A stretch of 64,000 nt of DNA from the NCBI GenBank assembly GCA_963779615.1, contig CAVZZA010000003.1:128001-192000 (forward strand). The letters are read 5' to 3'. A program made the translations under genes and the position numbers. The notes under the pieces are model-generated. The model was not told where the DNA came from. It made no database searches and worked only from the letters and a program-made list of their open reading frames with translations. Shown here one piece after another: positions 58,309 through 64,000 of the stretch (positions are counted from its first letter, which is position 1; every line of letters begins with the position of its first letter). The stretch comes from an uncultured Nitrososphaeraceae archaeon (GTDB lineage Archaea > Thermoproteota > Nitrososphaeria > Nitrososphaerales > Nitrososphaeraceae).

Positions 58309-59246
58309 TGAAGAATTGCACTGATGGACCTGTGTTATTAGTTATCGCTTCATTAAGTTTCCTTATTATTTTTAATATTGGAGAAGGGATTTTTGCGTTA
58401 CCTGTGGATTTTAATTTTGGTGCCTCTGGAGATTGGGGTCTAGGTTCAGATGCAATTAATACCGCCAAAAATATGAAAAATCATGGGGTAGAATTAGTTC
58501 TTGGGCTAGGAGATTATGCGTATAATGAAGGGGGGACTGCCGTAAATACATGGTGGAACAACGTTAAAACCGGTTTAGGAAACAACCCTAAATGGATCGG
58601 AGCACTCGGAAACCATGACGTCAATGACCAAACTGCATATTTGAATAAGTTCAACCAGAACAAGTGGTGGTTTAGCTATGACTATCAAAATACCCATTTT
58701 TTAGCACTAAACCCTTACGGTGAAAACTATGGTGTAAATTCAGATCAGTATAACTTTGTAAAGAACGACTTGGCAAAAGCAGCATCAAACCCCAACATAA
58801 AATGGATTCTCGTATTTCTCCATCCGCCTATGTACACATCCCCCTCCGCTCACACCCCAGTTACCGGATTAAGAGACACCTACCATAAACTGTTTGTAAG
58901 CTACAAGGTTGATTTAGTGTTAGAAGGGCATAACCATAATTACCAAAGGACATACCCCCTGCTTTATAATGACGCTGATCCTTTCAACCCAAAATTGTCA
59001 TCCAATTACACCAAATCGTATTTTGATCCACGAGGAACGATATTTGTGATTACGGGAAAAGGTGGTGTCGGAACTCACCCTCTGAACGGAAAAAGTTATT
59101 ACACCGTGAAGCAGTTTCCAGATCCATTTGGTTATTTGAATATAGATGTTGGAAAAAACCCTGAAGGCTATCCTACACTTACAGGTTCTTTTATTGCAAA
59201 TGACGGTACAATAAAGGATCAATTCAGCATCAGGAAAAACCCGTGA
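58305..59246 (+). CDS. Secreted calcineurin-like metallophosphoesterase (purple acid phosphatase-like)
   Basis: GDWG, GDYAY, GNHD, HPPMY, GHNHNYQR; ATGA overlap with the upstream gene. Confidence 0.9.
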   Translation: MMKNCTDGPVLLVIASLSFLIIFNIGEGIFALPVDFNFGASGDWGLGSDAINTAKNMKNHGVELVLGLGDYAYNEGGTAVNTWWNNVKTGLGNNPKWIGALGNHDVNDQTAYLNKFNQNKWWFSYDYQNTHFLALNPYGENYGVNSDQYNFVKNDLAKAASNPNIKWILVFLHPPMYTSPSAHTPVTGLRDTYHKLFVSYKVDLVLEGHNHNYQRTYPLLYNDADPFNPKLSSNYTKSYFDPRGTIFVITGKGGVGTHPLNGKSYYTVKQFPDPFGYLNIDVGKNPEGYPTLTGSFIANDGTIKDQFSIRKNP

Positions 59247-59933
59247 TAGCATAAAAAATGCAGTTACTGAAATATCCATAAATAACTTTTTATTTTTAAT
59301 AGCGACCTGCTACAAATTATAGGTGGGTTTAACTCAGACTTTATCTTCATACAAGTTAATTATTAGAACAATTCATTAACCAATTTCATCGGTCATTGAT
59401 TTTTCTCTGACGCATCATGACATGAATTTTGCAATTAATTCTTATTGTGTAATTTGATTATACCAAGTTTAACTCTATCAGGATTTGACGTTAAACGAGA
59501 TTACAGGCATAAATGGCCTGCAAACGACCCGGCCCATTACAAATTTGATTTTATTTATGGGCCCAGAGCCAACAATAGTAAGGAAGTGTCTGAAATGCAA
59601 TCTACAAGGAATGAAACTAAATTCGTTTTATATGATAAACTATCTTCTACGGCTGTTGCAGGTGGTGCTCCATAAACCGCTTGACAAATATTTTTATTAA
59701 TTATTAATTGCTTATACCATTTTTTAGAAAATTACTTGGATTATTCAAATGATGTTAGGGCTTGATATGTTAGGGAGCTTTATTACCGGTAGCAAGAAAG
59801 CGCTTGAGGGAAATGGAATTAGAACCACATTCTGGTGCAAATCTATACGATATAAAGAAAATGGAACTATTGACATCTATATAGAGAATATGGAAAAGGT
59901 GTATTAGCATTAAAGATTGAGTATATACATACT

Positions 59934-60179
59934 ATGCCTTTACAGATGGTAAATGACACAGATATGGAAAAATTAGAAAAACTAAAGGATAACTTGGACT
60001 GGTTTAATGAAAATCATAATCACTTTGAAAAATATTACAAAAATCAATTTGTTGCAATTAAGGACAAAAGCTTTTTGGATAAAGACACTGAACTTGAGAG
60101 ATTGGTGAAAAGACTGGAGATAAAAAATCTTGACGATTCAATTGCGATAGAGTTTGTATATGGTTTGGAAAAACCATGA
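59934..60179 (+). CDS. Small DUF5678-like protein
   Basis: NLDWFNENH..FEKYYKNQFVAIKD...DKDTELERL. Confidence 0.6.
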   Translation: MPLQMVNDTDMEKLEKLKDNLDWFNENHNHFEKYYKNQFVAIKDKSFLDKDTELERLVKRLEIKNLDDSIAIEFVYGLEKP

Positions 60180-60949
60180 CCTTGATATTTAATGTCTTTA
60201 TGCAGTAAAGGATGAGAACCGTACCAACAAACAAAGCATAAGGGTGCATTTAATGATAAATCATAACTTTCAGGTTCCATCTCAGACTGTGGTAATTGCA
60301 ATAATCTTTGGAAAATCATGTTCTTAAATTCCATATCAGCCCATAATAAAAAAGGACGAATGATTTTAGATCACCAATTTACCGTTTTTCACTATCATAG
60401 ATTTATTTTGTGTTAGCAAAATTGTTAACTATTTAGTTTTATTTTTCCTTTTAAATCCTATTTTTTTTACAATTGAATTCTTTGAGAATAAATCCTTTGA
60501 AAACCTTTTAGTTTATTGTTGATGGACTAATTGAGATTTTAATAAAAAAATAATGAGCGTCAATCTTAGTTAGAAATAAGCATGACTTTGGATATGCCGT
60601 GAATGATAATTTTTTATTACATCCTTCCACAAAAAAAGGTATTACGATTTTACATTATGACGAGTTTGATTCGTATTGAGATCCAAATTTATATCCATAA
60701 ACTTTGTTTTATTTCATATCGAGTTTTCAAGCATCCATTTTGAAGTCATGTCTAAGTTTAATAATTTGTTTTGTTATTTATAATAGTATCAAATAAAAAC
60801 ACGGTAGAATACAAAGTCGTCATAATATTCATATGTTGTTTGCATGAATGTTACCTGCTGTAATGATGCTATATCCTGAGGTATAAAGTAAATTTGACGG
60901 TTTTCTAAATGCTTAAGTAATATCCTTAGTCAAATTCCGGAGATAGTGA

Positions 60950-61804
60950 ATGAATTCCACCATTCCTCCATTGAATTCTCGAGAATACAAGATAATCCTC
61001 AAACCCGATGCTTTTAAAGATAACAAGAAAGGCAGAGATAAACTTATTCATATGATTGAAAGTCAAAGTAGGAAGCAACGCGGAATGTTTGAAACAGCCA
61101 TAGAAGAAAATACGAGGAAGACATGTTATTTAGACACCAAGAAAGAGGATCTTTACGATAAAAACAAGTTTTTACTCAGGGTCAGGGAAGAACACAAGAA
61201 AGAAAACGACGGCATAAAAGGATACAGTGTTACTCTTAAAAATAGGCATCCTGATCGACTTATAGCAGTATCGTATGATGTCTCAAGTCATATAGATAAA
61301 CCAAACCCCAACCTTGACTTTAAGAAAAAAGAAAAAAAGTTTGAGGAAGACATAACAACTCCATTTATCAGCAAGTTTTCGACCTCCGTTAACCTGGATT
61401 ATGAAAAACCACCTGAGTTAAACAAATTCCAGGATTTGTTGTCAATATTTCCTAATCTGAAATTGGACGTCCCATCCAACGAAAACCTGCTCATAGTAAA
61501 CGGATTTGTAGCCAAAGAAATTTCCTGTACGTTGGGCAAACTGAAATTTGATGATGGAAGTGAGGTCAGGCTACAGTATAGTTTATGGCATTTATCAAAG
61601 AAAAAGACTCCAGTGATTGTAGAATTTGATATCGATGTAGAAGCTAAAGAACCATCAAAATCTGGTGAAACCCTCTTTGAAGGTTTTTCTCTTTTTCTTT
61701 TGACCCAAGTTTATGAATTCTATCAAGCGTTACAAAAGAAAGGGATTGCGGATCTCAAGGCACCTAAAACAAAAACACAGTTTGCATATGAACATAAAAA
61801 ATGA
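60950..61804 (+). CDS. Hypothetical protein, possibly CYTH/triphosphate-tunnel fold
   Basis: N-terminal REYK (ExK), YLDT, LRVR, TLK, KFEED, VEFD pattern. Confidence 0.55.
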   Translation: MNSTIPPLNSREYKIILKPDAFKDNKKGRDKLIHMIESQSRKQRGMFETAIEENTRKTCYLDTKKEDLYDKNKFLLRVREEHKKENDGIKGYSVTLKNRHPDRLIAVSYDVSSHIDKPNPNLDFKKKEKKFEEDITTPFISKFSTSVNLDYEKPPELNKFQDLLSIFPNLKLDVPSNENLLIVNGFVAKEISCTLGKLKFDDGSEVRLQYSLWHLSKKKTPVIVEFDIDVEAKEPSKSGETLFEGFSLFLLTQVYEFYQALQKKGIADLKAPKTKTQFAYEHKK

Positions 61805-61965
61805 GGATGCCGTAGACAAGAAGTTACACCGTGGCACGGATAACAAAGTGATGAGACTTTTGGGACCTTGTCTTAAAAAGATATCCCAAATTGTTCTAAT
61901 TTTTTAGTAACAAGTAAATGATCTTAATTTAATTATTCCAAAAGATCGACAGTTTCTACAATCTG

Positions 61966-63025
61966 TGGTGTGTTGAATAACTACTTTCTCAAACGAGCTC
62001 ATATAGCTCCTTTTAGTAGAATGGATGTTGTCTGATAACTCCAGGAAGGACAAAAAGAAAAAACCAAAGAGGAAGGTTAACTGGCGTGAATATAATGAGT
62101 CTCTTGTTAGACGAGGTGAAATGTTGTTTGATTCTGGTTTTTTACAGAACTGGCGAGCAGAGCTAAAGAAAATGAACAAAGGAAAGGAAGGCCCTCACTT
62201 TCGCTATCCGAATTCCTTGATATCGCTGCTCGCCATCGTACATGCGTACCTACTTCCATACCGTCAATTAGAGGGCTTTCTAAGAATGATGTCAATTCAT
62301 ATAAAGAAGCTCCGGGAAACAATACCAGATTTCACAACAATCTGGTGGAGAGTAGAAAGGACAAAGATAAACCTGGATCCAAACATAAATCCAGAAAAAG
62401 ACGACATAGTGATAGCAGTTGACAGCACTGGTATCAAGGTAACAAACAGAGGCGAATGGATACTTGACAAATGGAAGAATAAAAAAAGGATGAGGAAAGG
62501 ATTTATCAAAATACACGTAGCCGTAGACATAAAGACAAAGGAGATAGTATCAATGAGTGTAACAAAAGAAGATGTTTATGATGGAAAGATGTTGAAAGAG
62601 TTGGTCGATGGTGTTTCTAAAAAGCATTCCATCAAAAAGGTATTGGCAGATGGGGGTTATGATTCTAAAGACAATTTTGGGTATCTTGATAGACTGAATA
62701 TATTACCGGTCATCAAAGTAAGAAAAAATTCATCGGTTAAGAACAACACCAGATGCATTCCACGAAAACTATCAGTAATGCAGCAACTTGAAGATATAAA
62801 GCGATGGAAGAAAAGACACGGATATGGAATGCGATGGATGGCCGAATCTGCATTCTCCTCCATCAAAAGAATGTTTGGTGAATACGTATATTCTGCAAAG
62901 TGGAACAACATCGTAAATGAACTGATGTTAAAGGCATCGATCTATAACTTGTTTATGGACAAGATGAAGACATGATGCAACACTAGCATAATTGGTTGTA
63001 TCCAAATTAGTTATTCGACAGAGCA
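61966..63025 (+). mobile_element. IS5-family insertion sequence, apparently intact
   Basis: Left end TGGTGTGTTGAATAACTACTT vs right-end reverse complement TGCTCTGTCGAATAACTAATT (17/21); perfect 8-bp TSD ACAATCTG (61958-61965, 63026-63033). Confidence 0.9.
62025..62975 (+). CDS. IS5-family DDE transposase
   Basis: NWREYNESLVRRG, AVDSTG, KIHVAVD, LADGGYD, YGMRWMAESAFSSIKR. Confidence 0.95.
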   Translation: MLSDNSRKDKKKKPKRKVNWREYNESLVRRGEMLFDSGFLQNWRAELKKMNKGKEGPHFRYPNSLISLLAIVHAYLLPYRQLEGFLRMMSIHIKKLRETIPDFTTIWWRVERTKINLDPNINPEKDDIVIAVDSTGIKVTNRGEWILDKWKNKKRMRKGFIKIHVAVDIKTKEIVSMSVTKEDVYDGKMLKELVDGVSKKHSIKKVLADGGYDSKDNFGYLDRLNILPVIKVRKNSSVKNNTRCIPRKLSVMQQLEDIKRWKKRHGYGMRWMAESAFSSIKRMFGEYVYSAKWNNIVNELMLKASIYNLFMDKMKT

Positions 63026-63120
63026 ACAATCTGCTTAAAGCATATATATTGTGTATAAAGTAATAGGCTCACAAAATCAATTTAAAGATACAAGTGCCAT
63101 CTGTTATTGATACTAATGAT

Positions 63121-63315
63121 TCATTTGATGAGTCGCAGAGGCAACACCAAAGTTATGGCGTTACCATCGTTTTGATTATTTTCATTTAGCATTCCTTCCG
63201 TATAAGCCAAAAAGCAACACCATGTTTCTTGTAATTCTTGTCTGTTGGTTACTTCTGCTACATTGATTGCTTGACACTTTTTAATATGTTCGACAATTTC
63301 AAATGAATTGGTCAA
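63121..63315 (-). CDS. Small hypothetical ORF containing copy 2 of the 93-bp repeat (63135-63227)
   Basis: 64-aa ORF whose 3' half is duplicated at 43142-43234. Confidence 0.35.
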   Translation of the reverse strand: MTNSFEIVEHIKKCQAINVAEVTNRQELQETWCCFLAYTEGMLNENNQNDGNAITLVLPLRLIK

Positions 63316-63380
63316 AGTTTGATTAATTTTGTATGTTCATCTATTTTCAAATAGAATCAATCATTTCCATTGCCTGTCTG

Positions 63381-64000
63381 TTATTTGCTTGCAACTACTA
63401 CCTCACCCTTCATGTCAGGATGAAACTTACAAATGTAATCATAAACTCCTGGGCTAGTAAACGTATGACTATAAGCTGTGTTGCTTATGATGGACCCTGA
63501 GTGGAATAGCTTGCCAGAGGTAAGACGATTCCAATCCTTGCCTGAGGTTACTGTATGTGCTATTACATCGACGTTTATCCAAGTTACTGTATCTCCTGCC
63601 TTTATGTTAATTGGATTTGGATCATAAGACTGTGTGCCTTTTACACCCACAATTGTGACTTTATTGGTTATGTTAGCAGGTATTGTTGATAGTGACTGTA
63701 GTTGTTGTTGTCCTTGTGAACCAAAAGTAGAAATGTTGTATGAGGTTGGGTTGGCAGCAGCAAAGCTGGTGGGCACTATTCTAAATATGGCCCCATTAGC
63801 TGTAAGACCATATAAAAAGCCATCAGGTCCTGCTTGCAAGTCAGTAATTCCGCCAAATCCCAATCCAAATCTAAGCAAAGGGATTTGTGCAGACGTTGCA
63901 GGCTTGTTCTCAATTGGTTGCCCGTTTGGATACAGCAGTTCTGTTCTATCCTCGCTTAATTTAAAATGATATATGTTGCCGTTGTTAATATCGCCTACAA
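63381..64000 (-). CDS. PQQ-dependent sugar dehydrogenase (GSDH) fused to C-terminal cupredoxin; partial, continues beyond the window
   Basis: Frame is open to the window edge (VGDINNGNIYHFKL...GFGGITDLQAGPDGFLY); type-1 Cu ligands HTVT...CKFHPDM. Confidence 0.9.
   Translation of the reverse strand, partial: VGDINNGNIYHFKLSEDRTELLYPNGQPIENKPATSAQIPLLRFGLGFGGITDLQAGPDGFLYGLTANGAIFRIVPTSFAAANPTSYNISTFGSQGQQQLQSLSTIPANITNKVTIVGVKGTQSYDPNPINIKAGDTVTWINVDVIAHTVTSGKDWNRLTSGKLFHSGSIISNTAYSHTFTSPGVYDYICKFHPDMKGEVVVASK

Overview
This is an AT-rich archaeal window whose gene content points to a soil ammonia-oxidising Nitrososphaeraceae (Ca. Nitrosocosmicus-like) genome: single-domain parvulin, AN1-ZnF/M50 protease, PsbP-CAP protein, MEDS protein, PQQ-sugar-dehydrogenase/cupredoxin and a thaumarchaeal-type histidine kinase. 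It is mostly accessory sequence, with no rRNA, tRNA or CRISPR array seen. It carries an MgtC-DUF47-PiT locus interrupted by a degenerate IS6 (TIRs plus 8-bp TSD), an intact IS5-family element (TIRs plus 8-bp TSD), a hemerythrin-HerA-like ATPase pair, an orphan HD phosphohydrolase, an orphan vsr, an astacin/beta-propeller protein, a GC-rich bacterial-looking VOC gene and several pseudogenes. At least seven otherwise intact genes have single-base frameshifts, which may be assembly indels. The top observation is that an unannotated multi-pass membrane protein (4443-5807) is homologous along its whole length to the N-terminal ~470 aa of the sensor kinase at 17425-20536. This Rosetta-stone fusion suggests an undescribed membrane-receptor family, and both copies sit next to small secreted proteins. 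All family assignments come from motif recognition by eye; no database searches were run.
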